Below the pieces are notes generated by a model. It saw only the letters and a list, made by a program, of their open reading frames with translations, was not told where the DNA came from and ran no database searches. Made by a program: the position numbers and the translations under genes. This document shows positions 48,800-56,865 of a stretch of 56,988 nt of DNA, one piece after another (the first letter of the stretch is position 1; the number at the start of each line of letters is the position of its first letter). This DNA comes from a virus. Taxonomy: Duplodnaviria; Caudoviricetes. The stretch lies in the IMG/VR virus record IMGVR_UViG_3300009788_000017, positions 1 through 56,988 of that record, one strand, 5' to 3'.

Positions 48800-48963
48800 A
48801 TCACCACCACCTCGAACTTCGCCTCGCCGTACCAACGACGATCACCCTGGTCGTTCTCCACTTGGTAGCTGGAGCCGCCGTTGCCGATCAATGCGACCGG
48901 ATAGGTCTGGCCTTCGGTCAGCTGGTCTTCGAACCCTGCTTCATCCACACATAATACATGCAT
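48796..48963 (-). CDS. Small SH3-like beta protein (55 aa)
   Basis: MHVLCVDEAGFEDQLTEGQTY...YQVENDQGDRRWY...F; AGGAG RBS; not in the ORF track. Confidence 0.55.
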   Translation of the reverse strand: MHVLCVDEAGFEDQLTEGQTYPVALIGNGGSSYQVENDQGDRRWYGEAKFEVVVI

Positions 48964-48965
48964 CT

Positions 48966-49262
48966 TTATAGCTCCTGTGCTGCTTTGATTGTATTAAATA
49001 ACGTATTCCCCATGCCTAGCAACTGCTGACTTTCGATCGGCGGGATGCGATCGTCTCTTGACAGTTGATTAGCCAAGGCTCTGCTTAGATCGCGCTTACT
49101 GACATAGATCGTCGGCGCGGCTGGCTCAACAACCCGGTGCTTGACCACCGTCGACACCGGGATCTTGAGCTGGTCGATCGCATCTCCTGCGTTCGCGTAG
49201 GCGTTGGTTGTGATCGTACCGCCGGAGTTTAGCGTCAGCTCGATCGTTGGATTATCAGTCAT
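48966..49262 (-). CDS. Hypothetical protein
   Basis: Start reassigned to the ATGA overlap at 49262. Confidence 0.55.
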   Translation of the reverse strand: MTDNPTIELTLNSGGTITTNAYANAGDAIDQLKIPVSTVVKHRVVEPAAPTIYVSKRDLSRALANQLSRDDRIPPIESQQLLGMGNTLFNTIKAAQEL

Positions 49263-49846
49263 GACTTGATCCCCAGCAATCGCTTCATCTCGGTCTGGAT
49301 CTCCTGGCGAGTGCTGTGGACCGCCCGGTCGTGGACCTCCTGCATCTGGCTGGATATCACACCCATCAGCCACTCGTGGGAGTCCTCTTCGACATTACGG
49401 ACCGTGAAGCTGTAGCGGTGATCCGCGATAGTAACCTCAAGCACTGGGTTGCTCTCGTCGTAGCGAGTGATCCGCGCCTCAGGCGTCTCGGCACAGATCG
49501 GCTCGAACTTGATGTGGTCTGGGAGCTCCCACGGCTCACTGCTGAGGTCGGCTGCGATCGCACGGTTGAGGTGTTCGAGCTGGTGCCGCACTCGGCCAAG
49601 GCTGTCAACCTCGTCGCGACAATACAGATGCCGAGTCATGGCCTCAGCGGCAGTCACCGACGCGCTCCGGAGCCGCTCGTAGCCCCCGGACAGCCGGGTC
49701 TGGCGTAGCTTGACCTCTCGCAGCACTTCAGTGAGTAGCTGTTCCCCAAGGAATGACTCCTGGACCTGCTTGACGGTGATCGGCGAGCTGATAACTCCAG
49801 TCTCCATGCCGAGCTCGTTGATGGCGCTGTACATTAATGGGCTCAT
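49259..49846 (-). CDS. Hypothetical protein
   Basis: AGGAG RBS. Confidence 0.6.
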   Translation of the reverse strand: MSPLMYSAINELGMETGVISSPITVKQVQESFLGEQLLTEVLREVKLRQTRLSGGYERLRSASVTAAEAMTRHLYCRDEVDSLGRVRHQLEHLNRAIAADLSSEPWELPDHIKFEPICAETPEARITRYDESNPVLEVTIADHRYSFTVRNVEEDSHEWLMGVISSQMQEVHDRAVHSTRQEIQTEMKRLLGIKS

Positions 49847-49874
49847 GATCTTCTCCTATGATTTGTACGATAGA

Positions 49875-50609
49875 TTATAGCATGGCTGAGCGGTTATCAA
49901 GCGCCAACTCACCCGCATCTCGAAAAAATCCCTTGAGCTCGTGGTACTTCCACAAATACACGCGGCTGCGGTCGATAAGCTCCTTCATGCCGGTCGGGTC
50001 GTAGGGCCTGGCGAAGAGCTCGAAGGCCAGCTTCTCCAGGCCGCACTGCAGACTGAACGGGTCCTGGAGCGCCACGCACACCGAGTACGCCGGTACCAGG
50101 GTCTTGGTGTAGTACCTCATATCTGTGGGTCCGAACATCATCTCAAACACGCCGGACCATGTGTGCTCGGCGTCTAAGGTGCGCGGCCAGAACTTCTCGA
50201 TCGTCTCGTTGGTGACCTCAACGCGTTGGCGGCTGATGGCCCGGTGGAGTATCGACTGGATCAGGAAGACCTTGACCACGCGGTACTCCTCACACGCCGG
50301 GCCCAGATGGATCTTGTAGCGAGCCTTGCGACCTTTGACGCCCTGCCTCTCCTTGACCGTCTTAAAGTCGTGGACCCTGGCCAGCAGTGCGTGGTCCGGG
50401 GTGGGGATCTGCACCGAGCGAGCGACGTCTCGCCACAGTAGCTGCGTCGGTCGGTCGTCTGGCAGCACGCAGAGCGTAGTATTAGTTATGATGGCAGCAT
50501 CCTCGATTTCGTTTGTTCCAGTCCGCTCGTCCACGACCTCGGCCCTTGCCGCCACGTTGGCTGTAGTCGGGCAGTTCGGCCTCAGGCTCTGGGATCTCCT
50601 CACGTGCAC
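49875..50609 (-). CDS. Hypothetical protein (true start probably near 50468)
   Basis: Long ORF; 5' part overlaps the upstream gene. Confidence 0.5.
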   Translation of the reverse strand: MHVRRSQSLRPNCPTTANVAARAEVVDERTGTNEIEDAAIITNTTLCVLPDDRPTQLLWRDVARSVQIPTPDHALLARVHDFKTVKERQGVKGRKARYKIHLGPACEEYRVVKVFLIQSILHRAISRQRVEVTNETIEKFWPRTLDAEHTWSGVFEMMFGPTDMRYYTKTLVPAYSVCVALQDPFSLQCGLEKLAFELFARPYDPTGMKELIDRSRVYLWKYHELKGFFRDAGELALDNRSAML

Positions 50610-50772
50610 GAATCTCCAGCGCCTCCCCGGTTCTGAGCTCTTGCAGCTCCGCTAGAGAGTCCACCACGATCACCTCAGCGTCGAGTTCTTGCATTATCGT
50701 AGCTGCCATGCTCCGTGCAGTGGCCGAGGTGAGCACGATCAGGCCTCTAGGCTCTTGAGGTTCAGAATCCAT
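50482..50772 (-). CDS. Hypothetical protein
   Basis: AGGAG RBS. Confidence 0.55.
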   Translation of the reverse strand: MDSEPQEPRGLIVLTSATARSMAATIMQELDAEVIVVDSLAELQELRTGEALEIRAREEIPEPEAELPDYSQRGGKGRGRGRADWNKRNRGCCHHN

Positions 50773-51049
50773 ACGTAGCTCCTAGGCCTTGAGGCGGTGC
50801 TGCAGCGCGTCGCTTCAGTTCGGCCATCAACGATGGGTGGACGAACAGGCCTCTCGGCGTCTGCAAGATGCATGGCTTCTTCTCAAAGCCCCAGCGCTTT
50901 ATCCACTTCTTCTGCACTCGGGCATAGTAGCGAGTGCCTGACATCCAGCGCTTGGGCTCTAGCGTGCGGGTCGGCCCTACGGTCTCCAACGCGTTCATAT
51001 CCTCAAAGACTCGGAGTCCGGCGAAAGGATTGAATTGGTTCGGATACAC
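50762..51049 (-). CDS. Hypothetical protein
   Basis: AGGAG RBS, GTG start; RVQKKWIKRWG. Confidence 0.6.
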   Translation of the reverse strand: MYPNQFNPFAGLRVFEDMNALETVGPTRTLEPKRWMSGTRYYARVQKKWIKRWGFEKKPCILQTPRGLFVHPSLMAELKRRAAAPPQGLGATYGF

Positions 51050-51058
51050 GGTGATCTC

Positions 51059-51409
51059 CTAGACCAGCAGGTCGCGTAGTGTGACGTTGAGGCTCTCACC
51101 TACTCGGGTCGCCACGGTCGCCCAGCCATCGGACTGCGCTGGTGGCTGCTCGTGCACGGCGTTGACGATCTGGGCGACCGTGGTATCCAAGCTGGTGACG
51201 CAGTAGCCGCCACTGGGGCCGCGCGTGCTGGTCACCAGGTTCTCTTTGCGGAGGTCTGCGAAGATCTGCTCCAGGTAGGAGACCGAGGCGTGCTGACGTG
51301 CTGAGAGCTCTGAAAGCGAGGTGGGGGTGGGGGTGCCGTGGATGGCACCGAGGTGCGCCAGGTTGATCATGGCGATCACTGCGTGCTTTGACTTGAGTCC
51401 TATTAACAT
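51059..51409 (-). CDS. Rrf2/IscR-like transcriptional regulator lacking the Fe-S cysteine segment
   Basis: SLSELSARQHASVSYLEQIFADLRKENLVTSTRGPSGGY closely follows the IscR wHTH; ends NVTLRDLL. Confidence 0.88.
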   Translation of the reverse strand: MLIGLKSKHAVIAMINLAHLGAIHGTPTPTSLSELSARQHASVSYLEQIFADLRKENLVTSTRGPSGGYCVTSLDTTVAQIVNAVHEQPPAQSDGWATVATRVGESLNVTLRDLLV

Positions 51410-51418
51410 TCTAATTCT

Positions 51419-51468
51419 CCTTAGGATTATAGGTGCTTAAAGTATAGCACTATAATCCTAAGGGTCAA
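51419..51468 (-). promoter_or_regulatory. Promoter TTGACC-N16-TATACT (TGn extended) overlapped by an 18-bp inverted repeat
   Basis: ccttaggattatag(g)tgct-N8-agcactataatcctaagg. Confidence 0.7.
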
Positions 51469-51474
51469 TGAGGT

Positions 51475-51993
51475 TTAAAGTAATCGGTCAGATCCGTGAT
51501 TTACATGGTAGCCGTGTTTAATTTCAGCTTCCTTTCTTGCTGTGATGGCGTCGTCAATACTGACGAAATAGCCGATGTGCTTCAACTTTCCGTCAATGCA
51601 TATTCGCGCGACCCATTTCTTGGTGAGCTTATTCAAGTGGACTCCGCAAGTACCTGAGGTGTTATCTGAGTGGAGCCTTTGGTTCCTCATATTCTCCGAG
51701 GCTGTTGCAGTCCTGATGTTGCTGAGCCTGTTGTCGACCCCATCGCCATTGATGTGATCGGTTTGGTCCTCAGGGAATTGGCCATACGTGTAGAGCCAAG
51801 CGAGTCTATGAGCCATGTAATTCCTGCCGGCTATCATGATTCGTCGGTAGGATTTTCCGGTGCGAGTCGTGTGAGTGATGCCGGCATTGTCGCCCGCTTT
51901 AGCCCCTCCTCGGGCCACTAGCCACGTAAAGACGCCAGTATCTGGATCGTAATGGAGTAGTTCTTGGAGTCTTGCTTGGGAGAGTGTGTTCAT
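51475..51993 (-). CDS. HNH homing endonuclease with AP2-like domain
   Basis: YDPDTGVF, AHRLAW, DHINGDGVDNRLSN, NTSGTCGV, KHIGYF. Confidence 0.9.
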   Translation of the reverse strand: MNTLSQARLQELLHYDPDTGVFTWLVARGGAKAGDNAGITHTTRTGKSYRRIMIAGRNYMAHRLAWLYTYGQFPEDQTDHINGDGVDNRLSNIRTATASENMRNQRLHSDNTSGTCGVHLNKLTKKWVARICIDGKLKHIGYFVSIDDAITARKEAEIKHGYHVNHGSDRLL

Positions 51994-52115
51994 GAGACCT
52001 CACCATTGGTCTGCACCGTTTGAAGATTTGCGCCACGCTGATCGGTGTATCAGCTATTCCCCCGCTAAAGGTAGGCGCCACTCGATAGTAGCGCTGCACC
52101 TTCATGCGGTCAACG

Positions 52116-52451
52116 TCATTTCTCCTTCGGCCGCTCCACCACAGTCGCCTTGACGAGCGTCCAGGTAGCTTTGCCCCGGTATGCCTTGCCGTAGATCGTC
52201 TGGGTGGATAGTTTGTTGGTGCCACGAGCGCCCAGCGCCGCTATGTGCAGCGACGCCTCGCTGGCCCTGACACCCTCCTTGACCTGGTAGATCACCCACG
52301 TCCCCACCGGTGCGTTAGCTAGCACGCGCATCGGGACGGCACCCATGATGAACTTGGTCTCGTAGTTCGCCAAGTGCGGCCACTGGGAACCTGAGCCCGG
52401 CACCGCCACATCATCCAGCAACGCGTCTATACGGTCTGCGTCTGTGGTCAT
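52116..52451 (-). CDS. Hypothetical protein
   Basis: GGAGG RBS. Confidence 0.55.
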   Translation of the reverse strand: MTTDADRIDALLDDVAVPGSGSQWPHLANYETKFIMGAVPMRVLANAPVGTWVIYQVKEGVRASEASLHIAALGARGTNKLSTQTIYGKAYRGKATWTLVKATVVERPKEK

Positions 52452-52456
52452 TTTAG

Positions 52457-52855
52457 TCAGGCCTCCAGTTCACTGCGTCCGGCATCGACCGTAGGTCCGT
52501 CTGCTGTCAGCAGTGGCAATAAGTCCACCAGCTGCCGACCAGGGTGGTTGGATCTCGCCGCTACGGCCATGGAGCTGACCGCCAGTAGCTGTCGGGCAGT
52601 TAGGAGGACCATAGGGGTAGGTTTGTCCACTTCAGCTCGTAGGAGGGCTGTCATGAGGTTCTGGCAATCGCGCATATTCGCGCGTCGGGCCCGGTAGTCG
52701 TCCGGGTCAGTGCGGTAGAACCCCTGCAGCTTGGAGCGCGACAGCGGTAAGCACGCGCGTTTGTGTAGCTCTAGGATGAGTTTGTCCCGGTCGGTGCCGG
52801 GCTGGTTGCTTCGGACCACCTTGGCGATGGCCTTATAAATTTCGTTTGTATCCAT
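52457..52855 (-). CDS. Hypothetical protein (weak DUF1456-like resemblance)
   Basis: GGAG RBS; LSRSKLQGFYR. Confidence 0.55.
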   Translation of the reverse strand: MDTNEIYKAIAKVVRSNQPGTDRDKLILELHKRACLPLSRSKLQGFYRTDPDDYRARRANMRDCQNLMTALLRAEVDKPTPMVLLTARQLLAVSSMAVAARSNHPGRQLVDLLPLLTADGPTVDAGRSELEA

Positions 52856-52881
52856 GATTTAATCTCCAGTAGTTGGCACCC

Positions 52882-52904
52882 AAAAGCCCGCAATTAAGCG
52901 GGCT
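52882..52904 (-). terminator. Rho-independent terminator
   Basis: agcccgc-aattaa-gcgggct with a T-tract on the - strand. Confidence 0.65.
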
Positions 52905-52999
52905 GGCGGGCATTACCCCTGCGGTTGCATAATTAATCCCTCGGTTGAGTTATAGCGTTTTATGTAATTTGGTGGGGCTTCCCGTTTACTTTGGCGGCC

Positions 53000-53185
53000 T
53001 CATAGGATGTCATCGTCATCCTGGCTGGCCATGCTGAGCGCTGCGAACCTGCCGAAAGCCAGGCTAGCAGCAATCGACACGCAGCATAGTGTTAGTATGC
53101 TCAGCGCGACTCGCCAGCCATAATCATGCGTCCCGAAAAACAGCTCAAGGGCAGCCAGTACCCCAATTAAAATTATCCACTTCAT
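53000..53185 (-). CDS. Small two-TM membrane protein
   Basis: Start reassigned to ATG 53185 behind the ACTAACGGAG leader. Confidence 0.6.
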   Translation of the reverse strand: MKWIILIGVLAALELFFGTHDYGWRVALSILTLCCVSIAASLAFGRFAALSMASQDDDDIL

Positions 53186-53322
53186 GGTTTTAACTCCGTT
53201 AGTTTTGGGTTGGATTCTTTGGAAGTCGCCCCGGCACTCGATACTAAACAACGTTGTCCAGACGTTGACAGTAAACCGAGGCGACTTACAAAGGCCACTC
53301 GTTAGAATGGCCAGGCGGGTAC

Positions 53323-53727
53323 CTATTCGCCTATATAGGCGTATATCTCGCCATTAGCCCCTTCGAACAACTGTCCGCCTGTCGTACCCTCCTCGCTTAA
53401 CTGTTCGTATTCCTTCCAGTCCCAACTATCACTTTCTGCTATGCCTTGATAGTCGCGCATATCACCCGCTATAAACTGAATCAATAGAGCATTCAATTCG
53501 GTATCAGACCAGCCCGCTATTTCATCATCAGACCACGCGCCAAACGTGGCGAAGTAATCGCGCGTGGTTTGCCTTTGCTCCTCGCTGGTCAGTAGCTGGT
53601 ATTCCTCGCTATCGTCAACGGCAGCGCGCCACGTATCAGGACCGGCATTACTCCCAATCTCCGCCACGCTTGCCGAGTAATCCATAGGAGCGGCATTGTT
53701 GAAAAACTCAGTGATTTTAATTTCCAT
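53323..53727 (-). CDS. Acidic hypothetical early protein
   Basis: AGGAG RBS; start reassigned to MEIKIT. Confidence 0.65.
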   Translation of the reverse strand: MEIKITEFFNNAAPMDYSASVAEIGSNAGPDTWRAAVDDSEEYQLLTSEEQRQTTRDYFATFGAWSDDEIAGWSDTELNALLIQFIAGDMRDYQGIAESDSWDWKEYEQLSEEGTTGGQLFEGANGEIYAYIGE

Positions 53728-53729
53728 GG

Positions 53730-53984
53730 TCAGCACTCCTGAATTGTTACAACGGTTTTGACGCCGGCGATATTGACCCAATGCGTGGCCGCGTTGCTCC
53801 AGCAGACGGCGTAAACACGACGCCAGCGGTTGAGATGCTTGATCATGTAGGGCGTCGGTAGCTTCGATCCGTAGCCCGTGCGGCTGTAGTTCAGCGGTGT
53901 GTCGGTTGTTTTGATTTCTGCCGACTCGGTTAGATACGGGCCGCCCCATTTGCCATGCTGGATGAAGGCTTGTAGGTTTCGCAT
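53730..53984 (-). CDS. Hypothetical early protein
   Basis: TGYGSKLPTPYMI...RWRRVY...WSN; start reassigned. Confidence 0.65.
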   Translation of the reverse strand: MRNLQAFIQHGKWGGPYLTESAEIKTTDTPLNYSRTGYGSKLPTPYMIKHLNRWRRVYAVCWSNAATHWVNIAGVKTVVTIQEC

Positions 53985-54009
53985 AGTTTTAACTCCGTTA
54001 GTTATTGAG

Positions 54010-54103
54010 CTTGTAGCGCTCCGGGGCTGCACCCTGGTACTCAAGGTGCAGCCGGTAGGCTACCGGGCCGTAGCGTTAGCGGACGGCTCTGGTGCGTTGC
54101 AAG
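54010..54103. other. Intergenic multi-stem (four-way junction) structure
   Basis: Three abutting hairpins enclosed by a closing stem. Confidence 0.55.
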
Positions 54104-54106
54104 GGG

Positions 54107-54301
54107 CTAGCGGTAGGCGTTCAGCGTGCGCATTCCAATCTGTTCGATTTTTTGCTGGCACGCTTCACAGGTAGGCGTCTCCGAGTGAGTTAGTCTATAC
54201 CCTGGCTCACCGTTGCCACAGATGGCGGCCTCGCTGAAGTCTCCGGTTGACTGCTTCAAACGGCGCTGTTGTTTTTGGTTGGCGATATAGTGCGTAATCA
54301 T
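54107..54301 (-). CDS. Small zinc-binding protein
   Basis: H...C...CEAC; GGAG RBS. Confidence 0.55.
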   Translation of the reverse strand: MITHYIANQKQQRRLKQSTGDFSEAAICGNGEPGYRLTHSETPTCEACQQKIEQIGMRTLNAYR

Positions 54302-54312
54302 GGACTCCACTC

Positions 54313-55122
54313 CTAGTAGGTTAGGCCGAGCGATTCAACCGCCGCCTTGAATTCGATCATCAACGCCGACAGCCGGGCCGTTAGTGCGGACTCTGTGAAG
54401 TCGGATAGCTCTGCGTCTGGCCACACTGCGCAACTCCGGGCCCCTTCAAGGTTTGACTCACCGCCAAGGCTCCATGCGGTGGCTACTTTCTCAATTTCAA
54501 ACGGTGTGGTCTGCAGCGCTTCCAATAGCTCGAATGCTTCGCGCTCGCTGTCAAACGGGCACTCATGCCAGAGCTCCGCAGGATAGCCAAATACTGTATA
54601 TTTTGGCTTGAACGTCTCCGGGTCGCTGGCATGCGCTATCGGATAGACTTCAAGGTTGAAAGTCTCCATTGTCTCAACCCATTCGCGCAGCTTCTTGGTT
54701 AGGGGGTACCGAATTGGGAACCCTTCAAACTTCAGAAAGTATTCAAACCGAGACGGCTCGCCAGCGCGTCGACCGTGGCAGTCTGTGTCCCGTGCATGGT
54801 ACAGAGAATTAGCCAGATAGTGCATAGGGCCGTCAGTGCTCGTTAGGTGCCATTTGATGAGCGGGGCCAACTCTGGGGCGTGCTCCGCTATGATGTCGTG
54901 AATGCATCCACCAGTTAGGTACGCCCAATCACTACGACGGCCCGCTTTGTACACGCTGCCGGTGATAGCGAACGAATTATGCCCGTTTCCACAGCAGTCA
55001 TCATGGCGCACTTCAATCACTAAATCACAGGGTTCTCCGTCAAATGTGATCTGTGTGGTGGTGGTCTGCTTCTGGTTTTTAACTAGCGTCGAAATTGGCA
55101 GCGCGTTATTTAAAGTTTTCAT
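54313..55122 (-). CDS. Hypothetical early protein
   Basis: GGCIHD.I...PELAPLIKWHL....GPMHYLAN; GGAG RBS. Confidence 0.7.
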   Translation of the reverse strand: MKTLNNALPISTLVKNQKQTTTTQITFDGEPCDLVIEVRHDDCCGNGHNSFAITGSVYKAGRRSDWAYLTGGCIHDIIAEHAPELAPLIKWHLTSTDGPMHYLANSLYHARDTDCHGRRAGEPSRFEYFLKFEGFPIRYPLTKKLREWVETMETFNLEVYPIAHASDPETFKPKYTVFGYPAELWHECPFDSEREAFELLEALQTTPFEIEKVATAWSLGGESNLEGARSCAVWPDAELSDFTESALTARLSALMIEFKAAVESLGLTY

Positions 55123-55218
55123 GATTTGAACTCCAGTAGTTATACTTTTGCGCCCGCGGCGCTGGTTTTGGATTGTATCCCGTGCCTAGCCACTCGTTAG
55201 AATGGCCAGGCGGCATAC

Positions 55219-55389
55219 TCAAAAGGTTAGCGGTTGGGCCGGCTGCGCTGCGGTGACGTGCGACGCTGTTGCCAGGCCCTGGTGATGCTTAGCGGATACT
55301 TCAGCGACTCCAGACACCAGCTCAACCGGATCGAAGCCGGTTAAAATCAGGGCTGTGAAAAGTGCGGCTGCTTTGAGGTAGTTGATCAT
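55219..55389 (-). CDS. Small signal-peptide-like protein (56 aa)
   Basis: MINYLKAAALFTALILTG...; shares its leader with 55423-55653; not in the ORF track. Confidence 0.5.
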   Translation of the reverse strand: MINYLKAAALFTALILTGFDPVELVSGVAEVSAKHHQGLATASHVTAAQPAQPLTF

Positions 55390-55422
55390 GGTGTCGACTC
55401 CGTTAGTCGTTTGTGTGTGTGT

Positions 55423-55653
55423 TTAGTAGACAAATCCAGCGACGCGCATGCTAGCCACGTTGCACATAATTGCGTGGTGTTTGGCGGTGTCAACCAGGTC
55501 AACTAGTTTAGCGTAGGCCTTGAACGCTGGCAGCTCCTCTGCAGCCCATGGGCCGAACGCCTTGGAGTCTGCGTCCAGTTGAACCATGCCGCCTTGATAG
55601 TTGAGTGTATCGGCTGCAATCTTGATGTGTTGGAGGGTAGTTGTATTTTTCAT
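55423..55653 (-). CDS. Hypothetical protein, first early gene
   Basis: GGAG RBS directly downstream of the early promoter. Confidence 0.6.
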   Translation of the reverse strand: MKNTTTLQHIKIAADTLNYQGGMVQLDADSKAFGPWAAEELPAFKAYAKLVDLVDTAKHHAIMCNVASMRVAGFVY

Positions 55654-55689
55654 GGTGTTGACTCCGTTAGTCGTTTGTTGATGTGATGA

Positions 55690-55718
55690 AGCTTAAACCC
55701 ACAGGACTACGATGGCAA
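55690..55718 (-). promoter_or_regulatory. Early promoter TTGCCA-N17-TAAGCT with AT-rich upstream element
   Basis: Read on the - strand. Confidence 0.6.
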
Positions 55719-55744
55719 ATAAAAGTTTCTTATGGTTAATTGGA

Positions 55745-56242
55745 TCACCATAAGGGTTCTGGAGGTGCGGGGATTTGGCGCTCCACCTCCGCTGCTTTTC
55801 GAGCCTTGACCGCGTCGCCATGGTCAACGAATACGCCTAGGTACTTGAGTTTGCCCTTTATTACGATCCCGGCCAGCCACTTGTTATCGCGCGGACTCCA
55901 GCGGACTCCCGGGCATTTAACGACATCAGGCGGCTGTCTAGTGACTCGCCTAGGTTGCAAGCGTAGGTTTTCAATGCGGTTATCTAGCAGGCTATCCGGG
56001 GCTATGTGAAACACAGCACCTTTTGGGAGCTCGCCATAGACGTAGAGCCATGCCAGCCGGTGCGCTTCGTACATCTGACCGTTCAACACTATCTGGAGCC
56101 GGCCGGTCGAGGCGCAGCCGGCCCGGTCGCCTGCTTTGACAGGCCCTCGATCCAAGCGCCAGAAGAACTCACCTGTATCGCGGCGGTACCACAGTACGTC
56201 CTGGAGTTGTTGTTGCGTAAGTTCCTGCTTTGACATGACCAT
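55745..56242 (-). CDS. Degenerate HNH-AP2 protein
   Basis: AHRLAW and KYLGVF kept; HNH core altered to VFHIAPDSLLDNRIENL. Confidence 0.75.
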   Translation of the reverse strand: MVMSKQELTQQQLQDVLWYRRDTGEFFWRLDRGPVKAGDRAGCASTGRLQIVLNGQMYEAHRLAWLYVYGELPKGAVFHIAPDSLLDNRIENLRLQPRRVTRQPPDVVKCPGVRWSPRDNKWLAGIVIKGKLKYLGVFVDHGDAVKARKAAEVERQIPAPPEPLW

Positions 56243-56440
56243 TGCTCCGAGGTCTGCGCTCTTGAGATGTTGCGCCGGCTGATGAGCTGTCAGCTTTTCG
56301 GGTTCGATGCCCTAGGCGCACGCTAATTATATGCTTGCAGTTGCAGGAAGTCATATTCAGTTTGGTGATGTTTAGGTTTTTGCTATTCATTTTCGTGATA
56401 GTCCTCGTAAGTGGTTGATTCATATGGAGATTCTTCGATT

Positions 56441-56717
56441 TTAGACAGTAATTTTAGACAGCGGTTTTTTGTCTAATTTTTGTGACTAGGCTGGAGGCCC
56501 CATGGTTGCTGCGTCTGCGCTCCATTTTAGTTACTAGTCTCTCTTTTATTATTATTGATAGATATATATATAAAGTAATAGAAAGAAAGGAGAGGACTAG
56601 TGTGGAGCGCAGGGAGTAACGGAACCGGCGCTTTTTGTGTCTTTGTGTCTAAACTCGTTGGAGGGCACGTGGGACTAAGGCCGTAGCCGATTCAGTCAGT
56701 GTCTAATTGGTGTCTAA
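56441..56717. other. Putative replication origin: TTAGACA iterons around an AT-rich core inside an inverted repeat
   Basis: ttagaca at 56441, 56454; tgtctaa at 56470, 56646, 56700, 56711; ctgcgctcca/tggagcgcag and actagtc/gactagt flank the AT core. Confidence 0.55.
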
Positions 56718-56761
56718 TTTTAGGGGTTTTCGATTCGGCGAAATGGGCGCTTTCAAAGGTC

Positions 56762-56850
56762 GGAAAGCTACTTGCTGAAGTTGGAAAGCTACTTGCTAAG
56801 ATTATGTTAGTAAGTTACTTGCTAAGGCTACTAAGGGGCTGCTTGCTAAG
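56762..56850. repeat. Degenerate direct repeats (ggaaagctacttgct x2; cttgctaag x3)
   Basis: Read directly. Confidence 0.75.
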
Positions 56851-56865
56851 GTTAGAAAGCACCTC

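Larger units (their letters stand above)
53294..55213. repeat. 25-bp identical hairpin repeat at 53294-53318 and 55189-55213
   Basis: gccactcgttagaatggccaggcgg; each copy lies a few nt after a - strand stop codon. Confidence 0.9.

Noticed and set aside
51899-52115. Duplicated target-gene end around the second HNH (51475-51993)
   Set aside because: Looked for the pattern seen at 35351-36086 but found no matching sequence on the two flanks
54010-54103. tRNA gene
   Set aside because: Cloverleaf-like, but no TTC-RA T-loop, no D-loop GG context, wrong stem and loop sizes
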